A DNA stretch of 64,000 nt from an uncultured Phycisphaerales bacterium. Lineage in GTDB: Bacteria; Planctomycetota; Phycisphaerae; Sedimentisphaerales; Anaerobacaceae. The translations under genes were made by a program, and so were the position numbers. Of the stretch, positions 32,181 to 42,620 are shown piece by piece (within the stretch, counting starts at the first letter, position 1; the number at the start of each line of letters is the position of its first letter). The notes below the pieces were generated by a model. The model was not told the DNA's origin. It made no database searches and was given only the letters and a program-made list of their open reading frames with translations. The stretch is from NCBI GenBank assembly GCA_963718665.1, contig OY970359.1:64001-128000 (forward strand). The letters run 5' to 3'.

Positions 32181-33689
32181 ATGAGCGATAACAGAACACT
32201 TGTAATCCAGTTGAAAGATTTCGCAGGTCAGCAGGTATCATTATCCGGCTGGGTATATCAGGCGCGCTCCAGCGGCAAGGTGCAGTTCATCATCCTGCGC
32301 GACGGCTCCGGCCTTTGCCAGTGCGTCGTCGAAAAAGGCAAAATCCCCGACGACGTATTCGACAAGCTCGAACACCTCGGACAGGAATCATCGCTTACGA
32401 TAACCGGCCTCGTCCGCGCAGAACCTCGCAGCGTGGGCGGTTTCGAGCTGGCCGTCACAAACGCCCAGGTCATCCACGCCACAACCGATTACCCCATCAC
32501 GCCAAAGGAACACGGCGTCGATTTCCTCCTGAAACACCGCCATTTGCACCTTCGCTCGCAAAGACAGTGGTGCATCGGCAAAATCCGCCACACGGTCATC
32601 GACGCCATAAGGCGATTCTTCAACGATAATGGTTTCACCCTCATCGATACCCCCATATTGATGTCGGCAGCGGGTGAGGAAGAACAATCCCTTTTCGAGG
32701 TCGATTACTTCGGCAGTACCATGTTCCTGACCCAGACGGGACAATTGCATCTCGAATGTGCCGCCGCGGCCTTCGGCAAGGTCTATTGTTTCGGCCCCAC
32801 CTTCCGCGCTGAAAAAAGCAAGACACGCAGACACCTCACCGAATTCTGGATGGTCGAGCCCGAAGTCGCGTTTATCGATTTACCCGGCCTGTTGGAACTC
32901 GCCGAAAATTTCGTCTCTAATATCGTCTCCCGCGTCCTGCAGGATAATAAACCTCAGCTTGAAGCATTATGCGCAGACATCGCAGGCCTCGAAAACATCA
33001 AGCCCCCCTTCTACCGGCTGACTTACACCCAGGCGGTTGAAATCCTCAAAGGCGAAAAAACCGTCAAATTTATGGCTGAACAACTAACACAGTTGAGCCG
33101 GGAAAAAGAAACAATCGAAAAACGAATCGCCCAGCTCGATACCGAGCAGGCGGGCCAAATCAAGCAGTGGAAACGCGATAAAAATGCCGCTGAACTGATT
33201 GCCCTGCGAAGCGACCTCGAAGAAATTAACATCAAAATAGAAAACAACCCCAAACACGCCAAACTCGCCGCCGAATTTCAGTGGGGTAAAGACCTTGGCG
33301 GCTCCGATGAGACAATCATCTCAATGATGCACGACAGGCCCGTCTTCGTAACACATTACCCAAGAGAAGCCAAAGCGTTTTATATGAAGACCGACCGCGA
33401 CAATGCCAAAGTCGTACAAAATTTCGATATGCTCGCCCCCAAGGGCTTCGGCGAAATCATCGGCGGCTCCGTCAGGGAAGACGACCACGATATGCTCCTC
33501 AAACGTATCGACGAGATGGGCCTCAAACGCGAAAACTACGACTGGTATCTCGACCTGCGAAAATACGGCTCTGTCCCCCACGGCGGCTTCGGCCTCGGCG
33601 TCGAAAGAACCGTCGCCTGGCTCACAGGCGAATCACACATCCGCCAGTGTATTCCCTTCCCAAGAATGATGGACAAGGTCTATATTTGA
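32181..33689 (+). CDS. asnS: Asparagine--tRNA ligase with a helical insertion
   Basis: GWV...R..GK..F..LRDGSG, TQTGQLHLE, GPTFRAEKSKTRRHLTEFWMVEPE, GEIIGGS.RE, WYLDLRKYG.VPHGGFGLG.ER. Confidence 0.95.
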   Translation: MSDNRTLVIQLKDFAGQQVSLSGWVYQARSSGKVQFIILRDGSGLCQCVVEKGKIPDDVFDKLEHLGQESSLTITGLVRAEPRSVGGFELAVTNAQVIHATTDYPITPKEHGVDFLLKHRHLHLRSQRQWCIGKIRHTVIDAIRRFFNDNGFTLIDTPILMSAAGEEEQSLFEVDYFGSTMFLTQTGQLHLECAAAAFGKVYCFGPTFRAEKSKTRRHLTEFWMVEPEVAFIDLPGLLELAENFVSNIVSRVLQDNKPQLEALCADIAGLENIKPPFYRLTYTQAVEILKGEKTVKFMAEQLTQLSREKETIEKRIAQLDTEQAGQIKQWKRDKNAAELIALRSDLEEINIKIENNPKHAKLAAEFQWGKDLGGSDETIISMMHDRPVFVTHYPREAKAFYMKTDRDNAKVVQNFDMLAPKGFGEIIGGSVREDDHDMLLKRIDEMGLKRENYDWYLDLRKYGSVPHGGFGLGVERTVAWLTGESHIRQCIPFPRMMDKVYI

Positions 33690-33699
33690 CCAAAAATCG

Positions 33700-34581
33700 A
33701 TGGAACCCTGGACGATACAAAAACTGCTGAGCTGGGTCACTGAATACTTCACCGGCAAGGGTATCGACTCGCCTCGGTTGAGCGCGGACTGGCTGTTATG
33801 CTATGTGCTTGGCCTCAAACGCATCGAGCTATACACCCAGTTCAATAAAGTCGTGGGACAGGAACAACTCTCGCAGCTTCACGAATTGGTAAAACGGGCA
33901 GGCGCACACGAGCCAATCGCGTATCTGACCGGCAAAAAAGAATTCTACTCCCTCGAATTTGAAATCACAAAGGATTGCCTTATTCCCCGTCCCGAAACTG
34001 AGCTGCTCGTTGAACGCGCAATTGAATTTTTGCGAACGCGAAATGGTGAACAATTCATCTGCGACCTCTGCACCGGCTCCGGCTGTATCGCAGTCGCCAT
34101 AGCGAGGAATTTCGCCAATTGCCGGATAGTCGCTACCGATATCTCAGACGCCGTACTGGCCGTCGCCGAAAAAAACGTCGCAAAACACGGTTTGATGAAC
34201 CGGGTAAAACTTCTGCAGGGCGACTTATTCGAGCCGGTCATCGCCGGCCTCGGCCCCGCCAAATTCGACCTCATTGTGTCCAACCCCCCTTACGTCAGCG
34301 AACCCGAGTACGAAAAGTTAGCCCTAAACGTAAAAGATTTCGAGCCGAAGTCCGCCCTGACCGCCGGCCATGATGGATTGGACATTATCAAAAGAATAAT
34401 TGCCGATGCCAGCCAGCATTTGAAACCCACGGGGACATTTATGCTCGAAATCGGCAACGAGCAGGGAACCACGGTTCGCAACCTGCTCGAAACCGCCGGG
34501 TACTTTGGCGATGTTAAGATAGAGAAGGACTACTCCAATCTTGACCGCCTCGCTGTTGCTGTAACAAAACCCGCTAAATAA
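33700..34581 (+). CDS. prmC: Release factor glutamine methyltransferase
   Basis: EPIAYLTG, LIPRPETE, DLCTGSGCIA, SNPPY. Confidence 0.96.
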   Translation: MEPWTIQKLLSWVTEYFTGKGIDSPRLSADWLLCYVLGLKRIELYTQFNKVVGQEQLSQLHELVKRAGAHEPIAYLTGKKEFYSLEFEITKDCLIPRPETELLVERAIEFLRTRNGEQFICDLCTGSGCIAVAIARNFANCRIVATDISDAVLAVAEKNVAKHGLMNRVKLLQGDLFEPVIAGLGPAKFDLIVSNPPYVSEPEYEKLALNVKDFEPKSALTAGHDGLDIIKRIIADASQHLKPTGTFMLEIGNEQGTTVRNLLETAGYFGDVKIEKDYSNLDRLAVAVTKPAK

Positions 34582-34882
34582 TAACTTCTCTGAAACGTTA
34601 CGGACCTATAAAAAGCTGCATCATTGCCAAAAAACACGCATAGATATCCCCGAAAAACAATATTTTTGCTGTTTTTCTAAAAAATTTTTGCTTCCATAAC
34701 TCCTTATCTGTCAAATAGTTATCGAAGGCCACCGTCTGCCATATCCCCCCCCAAAAAAAACGAAAGATTTTGCTTGCTTTCGCAGCCCTATATCTGGTAA
34801 ACTATGCATTATGTAAGAGAGTCACACATCACGATTAGGTGTGTGAAAAACAAGATAGAGTGATGATTGAAGGAGAGTGGGT

Positions 34883-35506
34883 ATGAATAGATATTCTGGT
34901 GCAATTCTTTGTGTTCTTTTATTGTTTGCTGTATCAACTGTTAATGCGTCTATCGTCGGCTGGAATTGTGCCGATGATAAAGATGGCGCAATCGTGATGA
35001 CTCCGACAGGTTGGACGGACAATGGGGGCCACGATTACACTTACTCAATGAACTGCGCACAGTATGGGACTCTGGGGCATTTATTGGGCGATTTCACGAC
35101 CGACACAGAGCAAGACCCGACTGTTGGTATCATCGAGGATATCAGCAACGACACGGGCTTCGATTGGACGGACTACCATATCACCATCGGCATGACCAAG
35201 GCCTTCACATTTGTGAGTTCATATATAATAGCGCCGGATGGTTGGACAGAGAGCTTCAAACCTGTGTTATCCGGACAGCCGTTACCGGGCAACATAAGCC
35301 CTGGGACAGGTTGGGTCGGGACAGTCGACTACGTTAACGTAACGGGTGCTCCTATTGTCGTAGACAGTGATGGCCTTTTCGGGTTCAAAGTATCGTTCAC
35401 CGGGAGTACGGATTTCTACACGGCACAGATTCCTACACCTGAGCCGACGACGATTATTCTGCTTGGGCTTGGTGCGATATCCGTCATCAGAAGAAAAAGA
35501 GCGTAA
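34883..35506 (+). CDS. PEP-CTERM sorting-domain surface protein
   Basis: Signal peptide; C-terminal TPEPTTIILLGLGAISVIRRKRA; AGGAG upstream. Confidence 0.92.
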   Translation: MNRYSGAILCVLLLFAVSTVNASIVGWNCADDKDGAIVMTPTGWTDNGGHDYTYSMNCAQYGTLGHLLGDFTTDTEQDPTVGIIEDISNDTGFDWTDYHITIGMTKAFTFVSSYIIAPDGWTESFKPVLSGQPLPGNISPGTGWVGTVDYVNVTGAPIVVDSDGLFGFKVSFTGSTDFYTAQIPTPEPTTIILLGLGAISVIRRKRA

Positions 35507-35540
35507 ATATAGCAGACATACTTGAGCAAGCAAACAAATC

Positions 35541-35574
35541 AAAAAAGCTCACGCAAAATCGCGTGAGCTTTTTT
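35541..35574. terminator. Bidirectional intrinsic terminator
   Basis: AAAAAAGCTCACGC-AAAATC-GCGTGAGCTTTTTT between convergent genes. Confidence 0.88.
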
Positions 35575-35606
35575 ATTTTATCGTACAGCAATAACCCGCC
35601 GGAGTT

Positions 35607-36554
35607 TTAAGCCGTAACGTCGCGTATCTCCTCGTAAAACTTCGCGTATTTATCCTTGTCTGCGGTCTTGCGCATCTCAATTGCCGCGCGAGGATGCTCA
35701 TTCAGCATACCCGTAATCATATAGGGTATCAAATAACCCCACTCGATATCCTTCTGCATCGGCAGCATCTGCTCTTCGATGACCCTCAGGATGGGACTTA
35801 GCTTAAATTTCGGGTTCTTCAGAAAACTGACTAATAATTCAAGCGGACAGTTGCCCGGCCCCCTGCCTATGCCGTATAACGAGCCATCGAGGAAATTGGC
35901 ATTATGGATAATGCCCTCGATGGTATTGGAAAACGCAAGCTGCTGGTTATTGTGACAGTGCATACCGATTTCCTTGTTCTCCGGCAGATGCTTTCGGTAA
36001 AGCTTCACAAGGTATTCAATCTGCTCGCAATACAAAGCGCCGAAACTGTCCACTACGTAAACAACATCCACCGGCGATTTGGCAAGCTGGTCAAGGGCCT
36101 CTATTATATCCGGCTCAATCTCCTTCGATATCGCCATTATATTGACCGTCGTCTCGTAGCCAAGACCGTGACAGCGGTTTACCAGCTCGATTGCCTTATC
36201 CATATCTTTGACGTATGTCGCAACCCGGACCATATCTATGGGGCTTTCATCCGCTGGAACAAACTCCTGCTCTTTGACGCGGTGCGCATCAACCATAATA
36301 CTAAGCTTCATCGCCGATTCTATCCCGTCGGTGATTTCCTTTATCTTCTCATCGTCGCAGTATTTCCACGCCCCGAAATCCTTAGGCGGGGAAAGCTCCC
36401 GGCTGCAGCGATAACCCATCTCCATATAATCTATGCCGCTCTGCGACAACGCCCTGTAAACCTCGCGGACAAACTCGTCGGTGAAATAATGGTTGTTCAT
36501 CAGCCCGCCGTCCCGTATCGTGCAATCCAGCAACTTTATTCTTTCTCTGTACAC
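35607..36554 (-). CDS. DRE-TIM metallolyase, 4-hydroxy-2-oxovalerate aldolase-like (HMGL family)
   Basis: LDCTIRDGG, VDSFG, GMHCHNNQQLAFSNT, GIGRGPGNCPLE. GTG start at 36554 after GAGG. Confidence 0.88.
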   Translation of the reverse strand: MYRERIKLLDCTIRDGGLMNNHYFTDEFVREVYRALSQSGIDYMEMGYRCSRELSPPKDFGAWKYCDDEKIKEITDGIESAMKLSIMVDAHRVKEQEFVPADESPIDMVRVATYVKDMDKAIELVNRCHGLGYETTVNIMAISKEIEPDIIEALDQLAKSPVDVVYVVDSFGALYCEQIEYLVKLYRKHLPENKEIGMHCHNNQQLAFSNTIEGIIHNANFLDGSLYGIGRGPGNCPLELLVSFLKNPKFKLSPILRVIEEQMLPMQKDIEWGYLIPYMITGMLNEHPRAAIEMRKTADKDKYAKFYEEIRDVTA

Positions 36555-36576
36555 GTTAATCCTCAACCAATAAAAA

Positions 36577-37668
36577 TTATAGTTTTCCCAAGACCTTCTC
36601 AACCACGTCTTGTTTTACTTCGACGGCCCACTGTCCCTCCCTGCGGTGGACAGCCCCTATTCTATCAATTAAAACGAATCTTGGCCACTTATTTATCGCC
36701 TTTTTATCGCGCTTTATTATATCCGTCAAAGCCGCTGCGTCTATGTTTGTCGGTTTCCGGACAGGCACACCCAATCCAACAAGAACCTTTCTGATTCTTG
36801 CGAGCCGTTTCTCATCGCCCAGCCCCGTCTCGATTTCAATCATCCCCGCCGCGATAATCCCGATTGCCACCGCCTCCCCGTGCAATAATTCAAAACCGCT
36901 TCCCCATTCTATCGCGTGGCCTATTGTATGCCCGTAATTGAGCATCCTCCGCTGGTTTTTCTCCGTCGGGTCCGCCTCAACAACCTGCGCCTTGATTCTG
37001 CAATTATGATACGCGACCTGCTCCAGGACATCAGCCCGTCCGCGCAAAATCGCGTCAAGATTACTTTCCAGGAACTCGAAGTATTTCTCATCCGCTATCA
37101 ACGCGTGCTTTACCGATTCGACCAGCCCCGCCCTGTATTGCCTTTCATCGAGCGTCTTCAGCGTCGCCACGTCGATATAAACGGCCGACGGATGCCAAAA
37201 ACAGCCGAAGGCGTTTTTGCTCAAAGACGAATTCACGCCCGTCTTGCCCCCTATTGCAGAATCCGCTTGCGCCAATGTCGTCGTCGGTATCTGAACCACC
37301 TTTACCCCCCTTTTGAATACCGCCGCCGCAAACCCCGCTATGTCGCCAACCACGCCGCCGCCCAGCGCAACCACAATCGTGTCCCTGCCAAGATACGCAT
37401 TCTCCATCGCCTCAATAATCGAGACAAGGGTATTCATATTCTTCGACGATTCCCCCGGCTTAATAACGTAACTGGGAATGTCCCTGCCGCAAAGAAGTTT
37501 ATCGAGATGCCCCGCCCCGGCCACGTTAGCGTCAGTAATAACGAATTTACCGACGGCGCCGAACTGCGATTCAATCTTCGACCATACGGAACCCAGGATA
37601 TCCGTCCCGATTTCTATCCGGTATTCACCCGCCTTCTCCGCAGGTACTTTTACAGTTAATTCAGCCAT
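36577..37668 (-). CDS. aroB: 3-dehydroquinate synthase
   Basis: GESSK, GGGVVGDIAGF, PTTTLAQADSAIGGKTGVN, LNYGHTIGHAIE, HGEAVAIG. Confidence 0.96.
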   Translation of the reverse strand: MAELTVKVPAEKAGEYRIEIGTDILGSVWSKIESQFGAVGKFVITDANVAGAGHLDKLLCGRDIPSYVIKPGESSKNMNTLVSIIEAMENAYLGRDTIVVALGGGVVGDIAGFAAAVFKRGVKVVQIPTTTLAQADSAIGGKTGVNSSLSKNAFGCFWHPSAVYIDVATLKTLDERQYRAGLVESVKHALIADEKYFEFLESNLDAILRGRADVLEQVAYHNCRIKAQVVEADPTEKNQRRMLNYGHTIGHAIEWGSGFELLHGEAVAIGIIAAGMIEIETGLGDEKRLARIRKVLVGLGVPVRKPTNIDAAALTDIIKRDKKAINKWPRFVLIDRIGAVHRREGQWAVEVKQDVVEKVLGKL

Positions 37669-37702
37669 CTTTTAATCTCTGTGTACTCTGTGACCTCTGT
37701 GG

Positions 37703-38230
37703 CTAATAACGTATTATTGATTTGACCTTATAACCCGCGAGCTTCTTTATCCCTTCAAGCTCCGTCAGCTCAATAAGAAACACCACGCCCACTATCTTGC
37801 CGCCTAACTGTTCAATCAGTTCGCACGACGCCTTTATCGTCCCGCCCGTCGCCAGCAAATCATCCACCATCAAAATCTTCGCCCCCGCAGGCACCGCGTC
37901 TTTGTGTATCTCAACCGTGCTTGTACCGTATTCGAGGTCGTATGCTACGCTAACGGTCTTCGATGGCAGTTTGCCTTTCTTGCGAACCGGGACAAATCCC
38001 ACATTCAACTTTGCCGCCACCGCCGCCCCCAGAATAAATCCTCTGGCCTCGACGCCCACGACATACTGAATCCCCTCGCCCGCAAAATCCGCCGCCATCG
38101 CGTCAATCGCCGTCTTGAAGGCCTCCGCATTGCCCAGCAATGGCGTTATATCACGAAACAAAATCCCCTTCTTCGGCCAATCCGGCACATCCCTAATATA
38201 CTTTTTCAAATCCACTCTGTCCTTGCTCAT
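37703..38230 (-). CDS. apt: Adenine phosphoribosyltransferase
   Basis: PDWPKKGILFRDITPLL, EARGF, VRKKGKLP, YDLEYG, VDDLLATGGT. Start at MSKDR after AGGAG. Confidence 0.96.
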   Translation of the reverse strand: MSKDRVDLKKYIRDVPDWPKKGILFRDITPLLGNAEAFKTAIDAMAADFAGEGIQYVVGVEARGFILGAAVAAKLNVGFVPVRKKGKLPSKTVSVAYDLEYGTSTVEIHKDAVPAGAKILMVDDLLATGGTIKASCELIEQLGGKIVGVVFLIELTELEGIKKLAGYKVKSIIRY

Positions 38231-38456
38231 AATATCCGTGCTCCTGCTATTGTTTCCTAATGTTCCTCCTTTTATTTTACCACTATAAATTACAGTATCC
38301 AGTGTTAATTGCCTCCCCGCCCTCTTTCGGACAGACAATCTCACCGCTAAAATCAGGAATCAGAAATTTAAAATCGACAATCGGCAATCGGAAATGACTT
38401 CGTGCCCTCTTCGCCCAAAACCGGGCCGGTTCTTTGTAACTCAAAACTAAACACTA

Positions 38457-38492
38457 AACACGGAGCGAAGCGACGAGCCCGCTTCGGAAACT
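38457..38492 (-). repeat. 36-bp post-stop repeat, copy 1 of 3
   Basis: AGTTTCCGAAGCGGGCTCGTCGCTTCGCTCCGTGTT, identical at 45710-45745 (-) and 56640-56675 (+). Confidence 0.9.
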
Positions 38493-38503
38493 CAAAACTC
38501 TAA

Positions 38504-39327
38504 TTACGGCTCTTCCATAAACTCGTAGAGCTTCGTCAGCGCCTCGTGCTGAATCTGCCGGATTCGCTCACGGGTCAAACCCAGCTTTTCACCGATTTCC
38601 TTTAATCCCATCGGCGCTTTGCCGTTAAGCCCGTAGTGCAGCCGTAGAACCTCCGCGTCTCTCGGGTCCATCTGGCTCAAAAGCTGTATCACCTTCGCCT
38701 TTTCCTCATCTTCAACCATATCATCTTCCGGCCTGCCCACGCTCTGGTTGCTGATATTCGCGTCGAATGACTGGTTCTCCTCGCCCGAATCTTCTTGCTG
38801 ATTGTCATTTACCGAGCCGAGAACCTTCACCGTCTCGTCGATAATCCTCGCCTTCTTCACAGACATACCTGTCACGTCCGCCATTTCCACAACTGTCGGC
38901 TTTCTGCCAAGCTTGTTCCCTACCTCCGCCATCGTATGACGCCACTGGTTAATCAGCCCAATCATATACCCAGGTACATGAACAGGCCTGATGTCTCCCA
39001 GTTGTGCGCTCTTTATGCCCTGCCTTATCCACCATGCCGCGTATGTGCTGAATCGCGTCCCGCGATTCGGGTCAAAATAATCTGCCGCCCTTATCAATCC
39101 GAGGTTGCCCTCCTCAATTAAATCGCCTAATGACAGCGCCCCCTGTTGGCGTATTTCTTGGCGATACTGACTACCAATCGAAGATTGCTGCGAACGAGCA
39201 GCTCTCGTGCCTCCGGGTCATTATCTTCAGCTATCCGCAAAGCCAGTTCATGTTCATCTTCAACTGAAAGCAGCGGCGCCTCGTCTATTTCATGCAGATA
39301 CTCTTTTATTGTCACATCAAAAGCCAT
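38504..39327 (-). CDS. RNA polymerase sigma-70 factor (RpoD/RpoS-like, lacking region 1.1), split by a 1-nt frameshift near 39140 (probable sequencing error)
   Basis: YLHEI...[18 protein letters not shown]; after the shift [35 protein letters not shown]. 824 nt + 1 = 275 codons. Confidence 0.9.
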
Positions 39328-39584
39328 ATTTGCCCCCAACCCTTATCTCGATTTATAATCGCATTACCCCTTACACTATAAATTATATGCTACACGCTAT
39401 TAACTATACGAATATCGACACAGATTCCCCCTCGGTTTACCTGAAAAATGACGCGGCAACACGTTTTATCAGAAAAATAATCGCCTTGTTATCGGCCCGT
39501 CCCCGGCAAATTAGCGTTAATCTGCGTCTAAAAACTTTTTGTGCTTTTTTGTGGCTAAAGGCACTTGCATAAATATTCCAAAAA

Positions 39585-39612
39585 GTGACAATATCGTAAC
39601 AAAACCGTAACA
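39585..39612. promoter_or_regulatory. Three 11-bp-period direct repeats (GTGACA/GTAACA/GTAACA), resembling a winged-helix regulator site
   Basis: Units at 39585, 39596 and 39607 in the divergent sigma/DUF4097 intergenic region. Confidence 0.55.
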
Positions 39613-39685
39613 TCGGCGAGTCAGAATAAGAACCTGACGCTGGAATCAGATGTTCAGAATGGTTGCGTATTTCAGGAGACAAGCA

Positions 39686-40531
39686 ATGAGAAGGTATTTA
39701 CCTGTAACCCTGCTGGCCTGCTGTCTTGTTTTAACCTTACTTGTTTGTGGATGCTGTATATGCTGGGGGTGGCCCGCAAAGGCGCACTATGAAACAACTG
39801 AGCAGCTATCGGCTTCAATGACAGGATTGGAGCAGATAAAAATCGATACGAGCTTCGGGAACGTGAAAATCACAGGCGCCGACACAACGGATTGCACCGC
39901 AACCGCCACAATCAACGGCCAGGCGCCGACTTTGGCAGAGGCCCAACAACTCGCGGAGCAGACAAAAATAACGCTTGTTACCGAGGGCAAGGTCCTGGTA
40001 TTCAAGGTTGAAAAGCCGACTCTGAGCAACAACCGTTCAATCGGGGTTAGTTACGATGTTACCGTGCCGACCAGAACGGGCATAAAATGCGAAACCTCCT
40101 TCGGCAATGTCGAGCTGAAAAATATCACAGGAGATATCGACGCAAAAACCAGCTTCGGAAAAATCTACGCGGAAAATATCACAGGCAAAATGCAATTAGA
40201 CACTTCATATGGCGAGATTGACTGCGAGAAAATAACCACTGGCTATTTTACGGCAACGTCGAGCTTCGGAAAAATGGATATCGATTTCTCCGCCGCCTGC
40301 CCGGCCGATATACGAGCGAGAATTGAGACATCATTCGGCGATGTGGATGTGGATGTCCCGCCGAATTTCGCGGGGGACGTAGCCGTTGAAACGAGCTTCG
40401 GCAGCGTCAAAACGGAACTGCCGATAACCGTTAAAGGCGATTTCGGCAAGACCAAGCTTTACGGCACAATCGGACAAGGCAAAGGCAAAATGGACCTGAA
40501 AACCAGCTTCGGCTCGATAAAGATAAAATAA
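39686..40531 (+). CDS. DUF4097-type beta-strand repeat lipoprotein
   Basis: Signal/lipobox; repeated (T/S)S(F/Y)G.(I/V) units; ends KTSFGSIKIK. Confidence 0.88.
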   Translation: MRRYLPVTLLACCLVLTLLVCGCCICWGWPAKAHYETTEQLSASMTGLEQIKIDTSFGNVKITGADTTDCTATATINGQAPTLAEAQQLAEQTKITLVTEGKVLVFKVEKPTLSNNRSIGVSYDVTVPTRTGIKCETSFGNVELKNITGDIDAKTSFGKIYAENITGKMQLDTSYGEIDCEKITTGYFTATSSFGKMDIDFSAACPADIRARIETSFGDVDVDVPPNFAGDVAVETSFGSVKTELPITVKGDFGKTKLYGTIGQGKGKMDLKTSFGSIKIK

Positions 40532-40759
40532 CGACTTAGCCCGCGATATAAATGGCTACGGCGAACTGACGTTTCTTGATACCGTCCATACCCTCGCCTG
40601 AAAATTCTTTATATCAATACCCGTCTTTGATTAAAATGCTCATAGTCTTTTCGACTAATCAAAAGGACTATGGCAATTCCTGCCCCCCACGGCTACCCCT
40701 AATAGGTGCGGGGGTGTGGCTAAATAAAAATCCGTGAGAATCCGTGTCAATCCGTGGTT

Positions 40760-40796
40760 AAAAAAAGAGGCCAGGAACATTTCTGTCCTGACCCCT
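40760..40796 (-). terminator. Intrinsic terminator after rpsA
   Basis: Minus strand AGGGGTCAGGAC-AGAAAT-GTTCCTGGCCTCT followed by a T-run. Confidence 0.7.
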
Positions 40797-40820
40797 TATC
40801 ATCTCTGTTACAAACCGCTT

Positions 40821-42620
40821 TTATGCTGTTGGCTGTTCCGGGCCTGGCTCATCCGATGCTGGCGGCTGTTCTTCCGCTGGGGTGCCTTCCGGCTGCCTGC
40901 CCTCTGTGGCGACGGCCTCTGCGACAACAGCGTCTGTGCCTTCGCCTGCCTGCCCCTCAGGGGACTGCCCTTCAGCAGCCCACTGTGCCCTTCGCAAACT
41001 CAAGCCAATCTTCCGTGCTTCACTGTCAACCTTCAATATCTTCACCTCAAGCTCATCATCAACCTTGACGATATCCTGCGGCTTCTTGATTTTCTGGTCC
41101 GACAGCTCCGAAATATGCAGCAATCCCTCGAGGTCCGGCTCAAGCTGCACAAATGCTCCGAAATTCGTTAGCTTCGTTACCTTGCCCCTGACAATATGCC
41201 CGGGGATATACTTTTCCGGTATCGCGTGAAGCCACGGGTCTTCGCTCAACTGTTTTACGCCAAGCGATACACGTTGCTTTTCCGGGTCGATATCCAGAAC
41301 GACGCATTTTACCTTATCGCCCTTTTGCAGTGCCTCATTCGGATGGCTGAACTTCCTTGTCCAGCTAAGGTCCGAAATATGAATCATCCCGTCGATGCCT
41401 TCTTCAACCTCGACAAACGCACCGTAATTCGTAACGCCGCGGACCGTCGCGTTGACCAATGTCCCCGGCGGATACTTCTGTGCCGCTACCGACCACGGGT
41501 TGGTTTCCGTCTGCTTCAATCCGAGCGAAATCTCCTGTTTGTCCTTGTTGACGTTAAGGACCATCACCTCGACTTCGTCGTTAAGATTCAGCATCTCGCT
41601 CGGGTGATTGAGCCGTTTGGTCCAGCTCATCTCGCTGATATGAACAAGCCCCTCAATCCCGTCTTCGAGCCGGACAAACACGCCGTAATTCATAATATTT
41701 ACGACCTTGCCCTTGACTCTCGATCCGACCGGGTAATCATGCTCGACGTTTTCCCACGGACTTGGGCTTTTCTGCTTCAGGCCGAGCGATATCTTCTCGT
41801 TCGACTTGTCAACGCCGATAACTACGCACTCAATTTCCTCATCGAGCCGCACAACTTCCGATGGATGACTCACGCGGCCCCAGCTCAGGTCTGAAATATG
41901 AAGCAATCCATCTACGCCGCCCAAATCCACAAACACGCCGAAATCCGCGATATTCTTGACGATACCTTTTCGCCTCTGGCCAACCTCGATTTCGGTAAGA
42001 ATTTTTTCTTTGCTCTGTTTGCGCTCGTCCTCAATCAGTTTGCGTCTCGATATGACGATATTCCTGCCTTCGATGTCAATCTTCAAAACCACGCACTCAA
42101 CTTCCTTGCCGATGAACCTGCTTATATCGCCGGGCCTGCGTATATCGACCTGCGACGCCGGAAGGAATACCGGCACACCTATATCAACCAGCAATCCGCC
42201 CTTAATCCGGCGGACGACCTTACCCTTGACCGTATCCCCTTCCTTCTTGGTGCTAATCAGGTTCTCCCAGCCCCTGATTCTGTCGGCTTTGTGCTTGCTC
42301 AGCAGAAGCAGACCCGTCTCCGAATCCGTATCTTCCAGCAGCGCCTCTATATCTCTGCCTTCCGCTATTTCCGATGGGTCATCGAACTCTGCCGCGTCAA
42401 TCACGCCTTCGCTCTTGAGCCCCACTTCGACAATAACATCGTTCCCGATTTGGGTGACGATTTTGCCCTTGAGAATCGTCCCCGGCTGATGCGAATCCAC
42501 CTTCGCCTGCAGCGCCTCCTGGAACATCTCGTTTTCCTTTTCACCGAACATCTCATTGACCTGCTGGTCAATCTGCTCGGCAGTCAAACCCAACTTGTTA
42601 ATTATATTTCTGTCAACCAT
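40821..42620 (-). CDS. rpsA: 30S ribosomal protein S1
   Basis: Six S1 repeats (FLPASQ, GLLHISDLSW, GLVHISEMSW, ISLGLKQ) and an acidic tail. Confidence 0.97.
   Translation of the reverse strand: MVDRNIINKLGLTAEQIDQQVNEMFGEKENEMFQEALQAKVDSHQPGTILKGKIVTQIGNDVIVEVGLKSEGVIDAAEFDDPSEIAEGRDIEALLEDTDSETGLLLLSKHKADRIRGWENLISTKKEGDTVKGKVVRRIKGGLLVDIGVPVFLPASQVDIRRPGDISRFIGKEVECVVLKIDIEGRNIVISRRKLIEDERKQSKEKILTEIEVGQRRKGIVKNIADFGVFVDLGGVDGLLHISDLSWGRVSHPSEVVRLDEEIECVVIGVDKSNEKISLGLKQKSPSPWENVEHDYPVGSRVKGKVVNIMNYGVFVRLEDGIEGLVHISEMSWTKRLNHPSEMLNLNDEVEVMVLNVNKDKQEISLGLKQTETNPWSVAAQKYPPGTLVNATVRGVTNYGAFVEVEEGIDGMIHISDLSWTRKFSHPNEALQKGDKVKCVVLDIDPEKQRVSLGVKQLSEDPWLHAIPEKYIPGHIVRGKVTKLTNFGAFVQLEPDLEGLLHISELSDQKIKKPQDIVKVDDELEVKILKVDSEARKIGLSLRRAQWAAEGQSPEGQAGEGTDAVVAEAVATEGRQPEGTPAEEQPPASDEPGPEQPTA

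Noticed and set aside
38504..39339. Sigma factor, GT2 and acs as true pseudogenes or split genes
   Set aside because: Each has a single 1-nt lesion in a shared sequence context and otherwise intact motifs, so an artefact is more parsimonious; this remains unverified.
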